Assembly (NCBI GenBank): GCA_041391785.1
Contig: JAWKNI010000015.1
Span: 8,398-72,397, forward strand
Direction of reading: 5' to 3'
Source: Flavobacteriales bacterium
GTDB taxonomy: Bacteria > Bacteroidota > Bacteroidia > Flavobacteriales_F > PHOS-HE28
DNA length: 64,000 nt
Shown: piece after piece, positions 21,459 to 30,956 of the stretch
Layout of the letters: each line of letters opens with the position of its first letter
Numbering within the stretch: position 1 is the stretch's first letter
Translations under genes and position numbers: made by a program
The notes under the pieces: model-generated
Seen by the model: the letters and a program-made list of their open reading frames with translations, nothing else
Told to the model about the DNA's origin: nothing
Database searches by the model: none

Positions 21459-22586
21459 TCAGGAGGACAATGCCTGGCAGATCGCTCCCGCCGCATCACC
21501 GTTGCCGAACAGGTCCTTGGCGGGGGGCATGTCATGCGTGAGGAAGTACTCCGCTCCAGCGATCATACGGTCCCGGTCATGGTCCACCAGCCGTGCGTAT
21601 CCGTGGTCCACGAGTTCGGTCCATTCCGTTCCGGCGCGCAGCACCAGACATGGCTTCCCGAAGAAGAAGGCTTCCTTTTGCAGCCCACCACTATCGGTCA
21701 GGACCAAGCGTGCGCTGCGTTGCAGGGCGATCATGTCCAGGTAGCCCACCGGGGGCATCAGCACGATGCCTTTCGTGCTCTCGAATTCCCGACGCAATAC
21801 TTCGTCCACGGATCGCTCGATGCGCTGCCGGGTGCGTGGATGCAACGGTATGGCAAGTGTGAGTCCGGTGGACCGGTGCAACTCAAGCAGTGCGCCCAGG
21901 ATCGCGCTCAAGCGCTCCGGATCATCGGTATTGTGGGCCCTGTGCACCGTTGCCAGCGCGAACCGATCGGGTTGGAGGCCGTTTTCCTTCAGGATTGTGC
22001 TTCGTTCGGCCAATGCGGCGAAATACAGGCTGTTGTCGAACATCACATCCCCGGCCAGGACGACCTTCGGAAGCTCCGCAGCGGGGTCGAACCCTTCCCG
22101 ACGCAGGTTCTGAACGGCCGTATCCGTGGGACAGAAGAGCCATGAACTGCAGTGGTCGCACACGATGCGATTGACCTCCTCCGGCATTGTTCGATCGAAG
22201 GAGCGCAGGCCGGCCTCGACATGCGCAAGGGGTATACCGGCCTTGGAAGCAGCCAGTGCGGTGGCCAGGGTGGTATCCGTATCGCCATACACCAGAACGA
22301 GGTCCGGGCGTTCAGCATCGATCACTTGTTCGATCCCTTCGAGCATGCGTGCCGTGCGCGATGGGCTGTGGGCGGCTATCCTCAGGTTGCGCTCCGGTGC
22401 CGGTATGCCGAGTTCCTCGAAGAAGATCCTGGACATGTTGGCATCGTAGTGTTGCCCTGAATGCAGGATGGTCTCCTTGATGCGATCCGCATAGCGCCCT
22501 TGCACCGCACGGCTGATGGCCGCCGCCTTGATGATCTGGGGACGGGCCCCGACCACGGTGAGCATGCGACGCGGTGTTCCCATCAA
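21459..22586 (-). CDS. wecB: UDP-N-acetylglucosamine 2-epimerase (non-hydrolysing)
   Basis: VVGARPQIIK, HSGQHYD, VYGDTDTT, HVEAGLRS, TDSGGLQKEA. Confidence 0.95.
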   Translation of the reverse strand: MMGTPRRMLTVVGARPQIIKAAAISRAVQGRYADRIKETILHSGQHYDANMSRIFFEELGIPAPERNLRIAAHSPSRTARMLEGIEQVIDAERPDLVLVYGDTDTTLATALAASKAGIPLAHVEAGLRSFDRTMPEEVNRIVCDHCSSWLFCPTDTAVQNLRREGFDPAAELPKVVLAGDVMFDNSLYFAALAERSTILKENGLQPDRFALATVHRAHNTDDPERLSAILGALLELHRSTGLTLAIPLHPRTRQRIERSVDEVLRREFESTKGIVLMPPVGYLDMIALQRSARLVLTDSGGLQKEAFFFGKPCLVLRAGTEWTELVDHGYARLVDHDRDRMIAGAEYFLTHDMPPAKDLFGNGDAAGAICQALSS

Positions 22587-23284
22587 AGCATGCCGTTGTC
22601 CGCGAAGCTGTAGTAGCCGGTGGCGGTGATGATCAGGTGGTCGTGCACACTGATGTCCAACAGGCGCGCTCCATCCACCAATTTGCGGGTCAGTTTGATG
22701 TCCTCCTCACTTGGCCTCAACTGACCACTGGGGTGGTTGTGGCAAAGGATGAGGGATGAAGCCCGTCGGTCCAGGGTCTCCTTGAAGATGATCTTGGGAT
22801 CCGCGACCGTTCCGTGCATGCCGCCCTTGCTTACACGGCAGCGATCGATCACCCGGTTCCCGCGGTCCAGGAAGAGCAGCCAGAACTCCTCGTGCTGAAG
22901 GTCGGCGAGGTGTGGTCTCATCAATTCATTCACCACGGCACTGGTGGTGACCTGTTCGCGGTGTGCGGGTTCGAGCGCTCTTCTCCTGCGGCCCAGTTCC
23001 AATGCCGCCACGATGGAGATCGCCTTGGCTTCGCCCATCCCGTTGAAACGGGTGAGGTCCGCCACGCCTAGGGTCGCCAGCTTGTGCAGGTCGTTGCCCA
23101 CACTGCGCATGATGCGTTTGGCCAGGTCGAGGGCGCTTTCGGTGGGGCTGCCTGCGCGGATCAGGATGGCGATCAGTTCGGCATCCGAAAGCGATCCCGG
23201 TCCGTGGGACATCACTTTTTCGCGCGGGCGGTCGTCCCGGGCCCAGTCACGAATGCTGAGTCTGCCGTTGGTCTCTCCTTCCAT
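22583..23284 (-). CDS. radC: RadC family JAB-domain protein
   Basis: DRPREK, LSDAELIAIL, LCHNHPSG, VHDHLII. Confidence 0.95.
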   Translation of the reverse strand: MEGETNGRLSIRDWARDDRPREKVMSHGPGSLSDAELIAILIRAGSPTESALDLAKRIMRSVGNDLHKLATLGVADLTRFNGMGEAKAISIVAALELGRRRRALEPAHREQVTTSAVVNELMRPHLADLQHEEFWLLFLDRGNRVIDRCRVSKGGMHGTVADPKIIFKETLDRRASSLILCHNHPSGQLRPSEEDIKLTRKLVDGARLLDISVHDHLIITATGYYSFADNGML

Positions 23285-23345
23285 GGGGTGTCAAAAAGAA
23301 CAGGTCCCCGGGAGAGGACCTGTCCAAGATACGTCGCGATGGAGC

Positions 23346-23600
23346 TTACTTCAGTCCGTTCACGTGGCGCTTCACGGAGGACTTGAGGTTGGCCGCCTTG
23401 TTCTTGTGGATCACGTTCCGCTTGGCCAGCTTGTCGAGCATGGAGGTCACCTCGGGAAGGAGCTTTTCAGCTTCCTTCTTATCGGCGGTGGCGCGCAAGG
23501 CCCTTACGGCGTTACGCGTGGTCTTATGCTGATAGCGGTTGCGCTCGTTGCGGGTCTTGGTCTGACGGACGCGCTTGAGGGCTGACTTGTGATTGGCCAT
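23346..23600 (-). CDS. rpsT: 30S ribosomal protein S20
   Basis: [13 protein letters not shown]...[11 protein letters not shown]. Confidence 0.98.
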   Translation of the reverse strand: MANHKSALKRVRQTKTRNERNRYQHKTTRNAVRALRATADKKEAEKLLPEVTSMLDKLAKRNVIHKNKAANLKSSVKRHVNGLK

Positions 23601-23632
23601 GTCTTCGAAGTTCCTTTTCCCGAAAGGGAGCG

Positions 23633-23640
23633 CAAATATA
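23633..23640 (-). promoter_or_regulatory. -7 box (TATATTTG) for rpsT
   Basis: TAnnTTTG consensus. Confidence 0.7.
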
Positions 23641-23675
23641 GGGTAGTTTCCGATCCATCAATACGCCGGGCCAAC

Positions 23676-23700
23676 AAAAAGGCCCTGACAAGCAGGGCCT
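23676..23700 (-). terminator. Intrinsic terminator after the priming glycosyltransferase
   Basis: Minus strand AGGCCCTG-CTTGT-CAGGGCCT followed by TTTT. Confidence 0.8.
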
Positions 23701-23720
23701 CGATGCGGTGGTTCAGCACC

Positions 23721-24869
23721 TCAATAGGCGTTGGGGTCCTTTCCGAACATGTTGGTCACGGTCTTCACCACGATGCGCAGGTCTGTGAGGAAGGACCAGT
23801 TCTCCAGGTACCATACGTCCAGTTCCACACGGCGCTCCATCAACTCGGGGGTGCGGGTCTCGCCACGGAAACCGTTCACCTGTGCCCAACCGGTGATGCC
23901 CGGGCGAACGAAATGCCGCACCATGTACTTGTCGATGATGTCCCTGTACTGGTCGTTCAGGCGCAACGGATGCGGACGTGGGCCGACCACGCTCATCTGC
24001 CCCCACAGTACGTTGAAGAACTGGGGCATCTCATCCAGGTTGCTCTTCCGCAGGAAACGGCCGACCGCCGTAACCCGAGGATCGTTCTTGGTGGCCTGTT
24101 TGCTGTCGGCCTCCTTGTTCATGCGCATGCTCCTGAACTTCCAGCACACGAAGGCCTTGTTGTCCCGGCCCAGGCGCTGCTGCTTGAAGAAGACAGGGCC
24201 ACGGCTCGATAACTTCACAAGCAGCCCGAGGATCGGGAAGAGCCAGGAGAAGACCAGCACGATGACGCTGAACGAGAAGACGATGTCGAACGCACGTTTG
24301 ATCACCCTGTTGAAAGGGCGGTCCAGTGGTTCGCTGCGCAACTTGCTCACGGGTACCGCCCCATGGAATTCCAGTTCCGATGCACGCACTACGGGAATGA
24401 AGCTCTCAGCGCTCGGGATGACCCGGAACCGGATGGTGTTGCGCTCGCAGAATTCCATCAGTTCAGTGATCTCCTGCCGGCGTGTGCCGGGGAGCGCGCA
24501 ATAGAGGATGTCGATCCGGTTCTGGATGGCATAGGCCTTGGCGGCTTCCACATCACCGACCCGACGGGTGCCCAGGCGGCCTTCCAGTGGGGTGTCGTTG
24601 AAGATCCCGCAGAAGCGGTAGCCACGCACGGTCTGGTCCTCACAGTATTGGAAGATCTCCTCCGCAGCCGGGCTATGGCCCACGATGATCAGGTCCTTGA
24701 CGCTGGTAAGGGGTTCCAGCGTCAACACCTTGTTGAGGCCGCTCTGCACGTTCTGCAAGGACAGGCGTCCGGAGCGCAACAGGGTGCTGAACTCACCGTT
24801 CGCTTCGGCATTCCCGACGAGGCGACGGTTGTTCCCGCGATCCCGAGTGGTGGTATAGGTCTTCTCCAT
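23721..24869 (-). CDS. Undecaprenyl-phosphate sugar-1-phosphate transferase (WcaJ-like) lacking the N-terminal TM bundle
   Basis: KRAFDI, FKFRSM-like WKFRSM, LRKSNLDEMPQFFNVLWGQMSVVGPRP, PGITGWAQV, DVWYLENWS. Confidence 0.92.
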   Translation of the reverse strand: MEKTYTTTRDRGNNRRLVGNAEANGEFSTLLRSGRLSLQNVQSGLNKVLTLEPLTSVKDLIIVGHSPAAEEIFQYCEDQTVRGYRFCGIFNDTPLEGRLGTRRVGDVEAAKAYAIQNRIDILYCALPGTRRQEITELMEFCERNTIRFRVIPSAESFIPVVRASELEFHGAVPVSKLRSEPLDRPFNRVIKRAFDIVFSFSVIVLVFSWLFPILGLLVKLSSRGPVFFKQQRLGRDNKAFVCWKFRSMRMNKEADSKQATKNDPRVTAVGRFLRKSNLDEMPQFFNVLWGQMSVVGPRPHPLRLNDQYRDIIDKYMVRHFVRPGITGWAQVNGFRGETRTPELMERRVELDVWYLENWSFLTDLRIVVKTVTNMFGKDPNAY

Positions 24870-24909
24870 ATTCTCTTGCCAGGACTTCGTTCCCTGATCG
24901 TGAGCACGT

Positions 24910-24970
24910 CAAAAGTATCTCATTCGTCGCCCGGATGTCAAATTCGTCGAAAAAATTAACGTATTCGTCG
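24910..24970 (-). promoter_or_regulatory. -7 box TACTTTTG (24910-24917) plus three ATTCGTCG direct repeats
   Basis: Repeats at 24922, 24942 and 24963 (20-21 bp period) in AT-rich DNA immediately upstream of the promoter box. Confidence 0.65.
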
Positions 24971-24982
24971 AATCAGGCATAC

Positions 24983-25804
24983 CTACCCGACCTCTTCCTT
25001 GGAGACCTTGTGCTCGGGCCCGTGCGGTCCTTTCCGGGTGTTGAACAGTCTTTTGACCCAGGTCCTGGCAAAAAGTAACATGAAGATCGAGTTGGTGACC
25101 AGGTACCGCTTCCACAACCGCCTTGGTTCGAGCCACAGGCGGTAGAGCCATTCCAGGGACAGGTCCCGCATCCACCGGGGTGCACGCGTGTCCACTCCCG
25201 CGTATAGTAGAAAGGCTCCGCCCATCCCGAGCATCACGGCATTCACCTTTCCTTTCATCAACGCCATCCATTTCTCCTGTTTCGGGCATCCCAGGGAGAC
25301 CAATACGATGTGGGCCCCGGAACCGTTGATGCGGGCGGCCTCCTGTTCAAGGTCCATTGCCTCCAATGCCATGAAGGGTGGAGCGTGCATCCCTGCGAAG
25401 CGCAGTTTGGGCAGTTCCTGCGCGGCGCGGTCGGCTATCTTTCGTTGCACCTGGTCGGTGCCACCGTAGAGGTACACGGAAAGGTCCTGTTCCGCCGCTT
25501 TCGCCATGAGTGCCGGCATGATGTCATTCCCGGCCACGCGTTCCTGATCCACCTTGTGGAAGGTGCGCAATGCCTTCAGCACCGGCATCCCATCAGCCGT
25601 TGCGGCATCCGCCTGCTGCACGACCTGTGCGAATGCGGGATCCCTGGCCTCGACGGTCATGTGCGCATTCACGCAGCACACGTATGACGATCGATGAGCT
25701 GCGCCGAGTGCTGCGAAGGCCTCGATGTGCTGGTCGAAGGTCCCCAGTGAAATATCGACGGTGATGACCCTTCGTTTGGGCAGTATGCGATCCCGGCCGG
25801 TCAT
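24983..25804 (-). CDS. WecB/TagA/CpsF family glycosyltransferase
   Basis: CVNAH, TADGMP, YLYGG, VSLGCPKQEKW, RAPRWMRDLSLEWLYRL. Confidence 0.93.
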   Translation of the reverse strand: MTGRDRILPKRRVITVDISLGTFDQHIEAFAALGAAHRSSYVCCVNAHMTVEARDPAFAQVVQQADAATADGMPVLKALRTFHKVDQERVAGNDIMPALMAKAAEQDLSVYLYGGTDQVQRKIADRAAQELPKLRFAGMHAPPFMALEAMDLEQEAARINGSGAHIVLVSLGCPKQEKWMALMKGKVNAVMLGMGGAFLLYAGVDTRAPRWMRDLSLEWLYRLWLEPRRLWKRYLVTNSIFMLLFARTWVKRLFNTRKGPHGPEHKVSKEEVG

Positions 25805-26823
25805 GCCGGGCGCGTATCGGTCCGCACGTCCTTTCGGACGGGAGCGGGGATGGCTTCACTTCCGTGGTCGTACCAGTGCACGATCTCCTTCACACCTTCT
25901 TCGAGGCTGAACGGCGCCTCACCGAAGGCATCGATCGTCCTGTCCATGGGTGTGATGTAATGGCTGGTCATGCTCCTGAACCGGCCGCTGGTGATCGGGA
26001 ACGGGATCCGCAGGAACTTGAGCACGTCACCGCCCAGCGCGATGGTGCGGATGATCCACGTGGGAATGTACCGGACCGGTCTGCCCACCAGTTCTTTGGA
26101 AATGGCCTCGACCCACACCTTCAGGTCGAATGGGCGATCCCCTACGTAATAGACCTTTCCATCCACCAGTTCCTTCGGAGCGTGCAGCATCCGTTCGATC
26201 TGCCACACCACGTTCCCGACATAACCATAGGACCGGATCACTTCTCTTTTTCCCGGGTGGAAGTACAGCCCCTTGCGCATCACCTTGAACATCACATCGC
26301 GGTAACGCAGGGAGTAAGGCCCCCAGATGGTCGTTGGGCGGATGATGGTCCAGGAACAGGTCAAGCCTGCCTCCCGGGTGATCATTTCGGTGCGCCGTTT
26401 GGATTCGCCGTAAACGGTGAATGGCCTGAAGTCCTGATCGTGTTGTGGTCGGTAGCCCGCTTCGCACACGAATTGCGTGCTGGTGATGATGATGCGTTCC
26501 ACTTCCGGGGATCGCTTCACCACGTCGAGGAGGATCCGCGTTCCCTCGTGGTTCTGGCGGTAGGCATCGACATCGGTCTTCTCATCCGTATCCGTGCGAG
26601 CGGCAAGGTGCACCACGTGGGTCGGCCTGAACGCTTCGAAAGCGGCGGCCACCGCTTCACGGTCCATGATGTCCACCTCTTTCCAGAAAGCATCATGGGC
26701 CTTGTTCAGCGGCGGGTTCCAGTCGATGTTCACGATGGGGTCCCCGTGCTTCGAGAGCAGATCCATGAGGTTGGTGCCGATGAATCCTGAACCTCCGGTG
26801 ACCAATACACGCATACCGTTCAA
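25801..26823 (-). CDS. NAD-dependent epimerase/dehydratase
   Basis: VLVTGGSGFIG, VVHLAA, YGESK (YxxxK). Confidence 0.9.
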   Translation of the reverse strand: MNGMRVLVTGGSGFIGTNLMDLLSKHGDPIVNIDWNPPLNKAHDAFWKEVDIMDREAVAAAFEAFRPTHVVHLAARTDTDEKTDVDAYRQNHEGTRILLDVVKRSPEVERIIITSTQFVCEAGYRPQHDQDFRPFTVYGESKRRTEMITREAGLTCSWTIIRPTTIWGPYSLRYRDVMFKVMRKGLYFHPGKREVIRSYGYVGNVVWQIERMLHAPKELVDGKVYYVGDRPFDLKVWVEAISKELVGRPVRYIPTWIIRTIALGGDVLKFLRIPFPITSGRFRSMTSHYITPMDRTIDAFGEAPFSLEEGVKEIVHWYDHGSEAIPAPVRKDVRTDTRPA

Positions 26824-27944
26824 TGCTGTTCATAAAGGCCCGCGAGCGCCTGCTCCATGGACCGGTGAAAGGCTTCCAACGTGAAATTCCGTTCAAAGAT
26901 GCATCTGCCCTCATTTCCCATGCTGGCCCGGAGGTCAGGGTCCAAGGCCAGCCGCACCAGCGCGTCGGCCACCGCATCGGGATCCTTGATGGGTACGAGA
27001 GTGCCGTTCACGCCATCGCTGACCACAGAGGGAATGCCCCGCCAATCGGTGCTGATCACCGGTTTGGCGAACTGCATGGCTTCCACCAGCACCAACCCGA
27101 AGCTCTCCGCCTCGAAATAGGAGGGGAAGCAGAAGATGTCACAGGCAGCGAAGTGCTCGAATTTCTCCCGGTCCATCTTCACCCCGAGAAAATGGACCCG
27201 ATCCGTCAGGCCGTGGCGTTCCACAAAGGCCTTGCACTCCGCCGCATAGGTCTGGTCGCCCCATTTACCCATCACCTCGAGGCGCGCATCCACTCCCTTC
27301 GCAATGACCCTTTCGAATGCTTCGAGCAGGACACCTACCCCCTTGGAAGGGATAAGGACCCCGGTAAAGAGGATGGTGATCGGTCCGCTGGCCCTGGCGG
27401 TCCTTTCCGGCACGGTGCCGCGGTGGTCCTCGATGCCATTGGGAATGATCACGTTGCGGTGTGCACCAAGGGCGATGCCATCCTCCGGATTCTGGGGAGC
27501 GGTGCGGATGGCAAGGGTGGGCCTGCGATAGGCCCAGCGGAACAACGGCCGCAAGGGGGCGGGCAGTTGCGGAGCATAGCTGGAGACCCCGCCGGCATGG
27601 AAGTGGAAGACCACCTTGGCGAACAACCACCGGGTGCAGCAGAGCAGGATGATGTCCCGCAATACGGGGATCTTGTTGGGGCCACTTGGTGGATAGTAGA
27701 GCACGGGTGTGCGATGCCACATGCGGGACCACCAGATGCGCAGCACGGTGGCGAACAGGATCCAGACCTTCTTCACGGCGAACTTGCCCACGCTCTCCAT
27801 GTCATCGGAGAAGGCCATCCGCACGTGGAACAGTTTGATGCGATCGAACCGTCCGGCCAGGAGGTGCTCGATCATTACGGCCTGACCACCGAAAGGAGGT
27901 GGTGTCTGGCCGACGACCAGGATACGAACGGGTGAGCGTTGCAC
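26820..27944 (-). CDS. Glycosyltransferase family 4
   Basis: IFCFPSYFEAESFGLVLVEAMQFAKPVI. Confidence 0.9.
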   Translation of the reverse strand: MQRSPVRILVVGQTPPPFGGQAVMIEHLLAGRFDRIKLFHVRMAFSDDMESVGKFAVKKVWILFATVLRIWWSRMWHRTPVLYYPPSGPNKIPVLRDIILLCCTRWLFAKVVFHFHAGGVSSYAPQLPAPLRPLFRWAYRRPTLAIRTAPQNPEDGIALGAHRNVIIPNGIEDHRGTVPERTARASGPITILFTGVLIPSKGVGVLLEAFERVIAKGVDARLEVMGKWGDQTYAAECKAFVERHGLTDRVHFLGVKMDREKFEHFAACDIFCFPSYFEAESFGLVLVEAMQFAKPVISTDWRGIPSVVSDGVNGTLVPIKDPDAVADALVRLALDPDLRASMGNEGRCIFERNFTLEAFHRSMEQALAGLYEQH

Positions 27945-28123
27945 GGCGCAAAACTATTCGTGTCGGTGGGCCACGGGGTCCGGTCCGGGGCCTTGGACGA
28001 ACAATGCCGCGTGCATCGGTGGTCACCGTCCCGGGTCCACTCGTCGTGTCCTGGTGGTCCTTGGTCGGATCATTGGAACCGGGGGTGCGGAGTTCGGGTT
28101 CAACTGTCCCAAGCACTAGCACC

Positions 28124-30865
28124 ATGAAGACGACCACGACACGCATCCTCCTCCCACTGGTACTCTGGCTGGCAGGGCTGAGCGCGCACGCCACGACGTA
28201 CTATGTGTCCGGCAGTGGCAACGACTCCAACAACGGGACGAGCCAGGCCACGGCATGGCGTACCATCGCCCGTGTGCAACAACAGATGAGCAGCCTGCAG
28301 GCGGGTGATCAGGTGTTGTTCCAGCGGGGCGGCACCTATCCGGGGGAGCTTTCCATCTATTGCAACGGTACGGCCGCCGCTCCGGTCGTATTCGGTGCGT
28401 ATGGCACGGGTGAGCGACCGATCATTTCCGGCGGGGTGCCCGTGACCGGTTGGGTGCAGCATCAGGGGCATATCTGGCGGGCACCGGTGACCACTGCGGT
28501 CAAGTACCTGGTGGTGAACAACGAGCCGATGACCCTTGCGCGTTACCCGAATACCGGTTGGTTGCGCAATGTGAACGGGAGTACGACCCAGATCAACACC
28601 GGCGGTGTGCTGGGCCAGGGCAATGGCTACTGGAATGGCGCCACGGTGGTCGCCCGTACCACGAACTGGTGCTATGAGACAGCGACCGTATCGGGCTTCA
28701 ACGGTGGGGTCCTGACCTTCAATGCGATCACGAGCAACCTTTCGAACAACGATTGGGGATTCTTCCTGTGCAACAAGCTGAGCGAATTGGACATGGCCGG
28801 CGAATGGTTCTATGATGCCGCGGCCGGTCAGGTGTATCTGTGGGCACCGGGCAATGCGGACCCGAACGGACTTGCCGTGCTCGGTTCCGTGTACAGCAAG
28901 GGTATGGCCCCGGGATGGCAGAAGCAGTACCTGACGATCCAGGACCTGTGTTTCCAAGGGCAGAAGGATGCCTGCATCAGTACCGAAGGCAGCTTCCATG
29001 TGACCGTTTCGAACTGCACCTTCCGCCACGCCTACAAGGCGATCAGCAGTTCCGGTGGGAACAACACCTACACGGGCAATACCATCAGCGACATCTTCGC
29101 CACCGCGATCAACATCTACGATGACAACACGACCATTTCCAGCAACACGCTGACGGACTGCGCTGTGCGTCCGGGGATGGGTGAGAGCGTCTGGGGGCAC
29201 ATGGGCATCAACTCCACCGGGTTGAACAACGTGATCCGTGGGAACCGGCTGGACAACATCGGCTACATCGGGATCGTGGCCGGGAAGAACGCCTTGATCG
29301 AGCGGAACGTCGTGCACAATGCGACCTCGATCCTGAACGATGGTGGGGGCATCGCCTTCGACAACGCGGACGGCATGATCATCCAGGACAACATCGTGAC
29401 CGATCTGGAGGGAAGCCTCGAAAGCACGGCCACCAACTTCGTGAGCTACTACAAGATCTGCATGGGGATCTACTTCGGGAACACCTCGATCAAGAACACC
29501 ATCGTGCGTCGGAATACAGTGGCCCGTTGCAAGGGCGCGGGCATCCACGTGGATCACACCCAGGTGTCGGTGAACAACCAGATCAAGGACAATGTGCTCT
29601 TCGACAACGAGATCCAGTTGAGCCTCTCCGACATGAGCAACAACACCGGTCCAGGAGCCACACCGCCATTCTACGTACCGAACTTCAACGATGTCTATTC
29701 GGGCAATGTGATGTACAGCATCCGGCCGGAGCAGCTCTGCATGCGCCACTTCAATGTGCACGGCCCTGGCCTCGTGGATTTCGGCACCTTCACGAACAAC
29801 CGGTACTTCAGTCCGTACGAAGAGCTGAGCATCTACATACACAACACCAACAGCGCCGAGAAGACGTGGTACACACTTGAGCACTGGCAACAGGCGCGTG
29901 GTGAGGATGCCGGCAGTACGCGCAGCACGCAGCGACTGAGCAAGTATGCGGTGGACCAGGTGCTGAACACGAACATGATCCCGAATGGATCGTTCGATCA
30001 GAACGTGGGCGGATGGGGCGGCTGGCCAACGGAAGGACAGGTGACCCGTGATGCCACGTACCTGGACAATGGCGCGCTGAAAGTGAACTTCACCAACAAC
30101 GCCACATACAACACATTTTTCCTCTACCCGGACCAGATGCCCACGATCCAGAACAACGCCTGGTACCGGTTGCGGTTCAGCGTCCAGTCCAACATGCGTG
30201 GTACGGTACAGGCGGATATCAAGGGGCAGTCGCAGTTGACCGGTCCGTACAGCATGTTCAACCGCCCCGTACCATTCGATAGTGAACGCCGTGACATGAC
30301 CGTCATTTTCCAAAGTGACCGTTCCGAGCCGGTGCGCTGCCAGTTCATCAATGACTATGATGAGGGCCGCTACTGGCTGGACAATGTGGTGATGGAACAG
30401 GTGCAGGTGAGCCCGATCGACCCTTATGCGCGCCATACCCTGCTGGTGAACGATGAGGCCACGGCACAGACCTTCACCCTGACCGGTTGCTGGAGGGATG
30501 TGAACGGCAACCTTCACACCGGTGAGGTCGAACTGGGGGCCTACAGTTCCCTCGCACTGCAAAAGGAAGCCGATGATGTGTGTTCGCTGATCACGAGTGA
30601 CGATGAATTGCTGACGGCCCAGGCGACCATTGATGTGTATCCGAACCCGGTGATCGCCGGTGAGAAGCTCTACTTTTCCACACCGATCGCCTTGACCACC
30701 GAGGCACGGTTGATCGATGCCATGGGGCGCACCATACAGACGGACCGGTTGGTGCCTGGCGCCAGGGCCATGACGGTTGGCGCGCGCGTGAAGCCCGGCG
30801 CCTATTCGTTGGTGCTCAGCAATGCTGCGGGACATCGCCACCTGCGTGTGGTGGTGCAGCACTGA
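28124..30865 (+). CDS. T9SS-secreted right-handed parallel beta-helix protein with CBM-like domain
   Basis: Signal peptide; YYVSGSGNDSNNGTS..TAWRTI; repeated NxIxxNxxxD/GI coils; IPNGSFDQ..GW (CBM4/9-like); VYPNP...PGAYSL CTD. Confidence 0.85.
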   Translation: MKTTTTRILLPLVLWLAGLSAHATTYYVSGSGNDSNNGTSQATAWRTIARVQQQMSSLQAGDQVLFQRGGTYPGELSIYCNGTAAAPVVFGAYGTGERPIISGGVPVTGWVQHQGHIWRAPVTTAVKYLVVNNEPMTLARYPNTGWLRNVNGSTTQINTGGVLGQGNGYWNGATVVARTTNWCYETATVSGFNGGVLTFNAITSNLSNNDWGFFLCNKLSELDMAGEWFYDAAAGQVYLWAPGNADPNGLAVLGSVYSKGMAPGWQKQYLTIQDLCFQGQKDACISTEGSFHVTVSNCTFRHAYKAISSSGGNNTYTGNTISDIFATAINIYDDNTTISSNTLTDCAVRPGMGESVWGHMGINSTGLNNVIRGNRLDNIGYIGIVAGKNALIERNVVHNATSILNDGGGIAFDNADGMIIQDNIVTDLEGSLESTATNFVSYYKICMGIYFGNTSIKNTIVRRNTVARCKGAGIHVDHTQVSVNNQIKDNVLFDNEIQLSLSDMSNNTGPGATPPFYVPNFNDVYSGNVMYSIRPEQLCMRHFNVHGPGLVDFGTFTNNRYFSPYEELSIYIHNTNSAEKTWYTLEHWQQARGEDAGSTRSTQRLSKYAVDQVLNTNMIPNGSFDQNVGGWGGWPTEGQVTRDATYLDNGALKVNFTNNATYNTFFLYPDQMPTIQNNAWYRLRFSVQSNMRGTVQADIKGQSQLTGPYSMFNRPVPFDSERRDMTVIFQSDRSEPVRCQFINDYDEGRYWLDNVVMEQVQVSPIDPYARHTLLVNDEATAQTFTLTGCWRDVNGNLHTGEVELGAYSSLALQKEADDVCSLITSDDELLTAQATIDVYPNPVIAGEKLYFSTPIALTTEARLIDAMGRTIQTDRLVPGARAMTVGARVKPGAYSLVLSNAAGHRHLRVVVQH

Positions 30866-30882
30866 TCATGCAGGCATTCAAG

Positions 30883-30918
30883 GGAAGGCCCTGTTCGGTT
30901 GGACCGGACAGGGCCTTC
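30883..30918. terminator. Strong hairpin after the beta-helix gene (no clear U-tract)
   Basis: GGAAGGCCCTGTTCGGT-TGG-ACCGGACAGGGCCTTCC. Confidence 0.5.
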
Positions 30919-30956
30919 CTCGTAATTTCGTGGCCCGAAACGCACGACCCGGTCGC

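Noticed and set aside
22583-23284. radC as a marker of a mobile element
   Set aside because: Full-length form with host-like codons, coupled to wecB and next to rpsT.
28100-30862. 920-aa antisense ORF
   Set aside because: Shadow ORF of the beta-helix gene in GC-rich DNA; no motifs.
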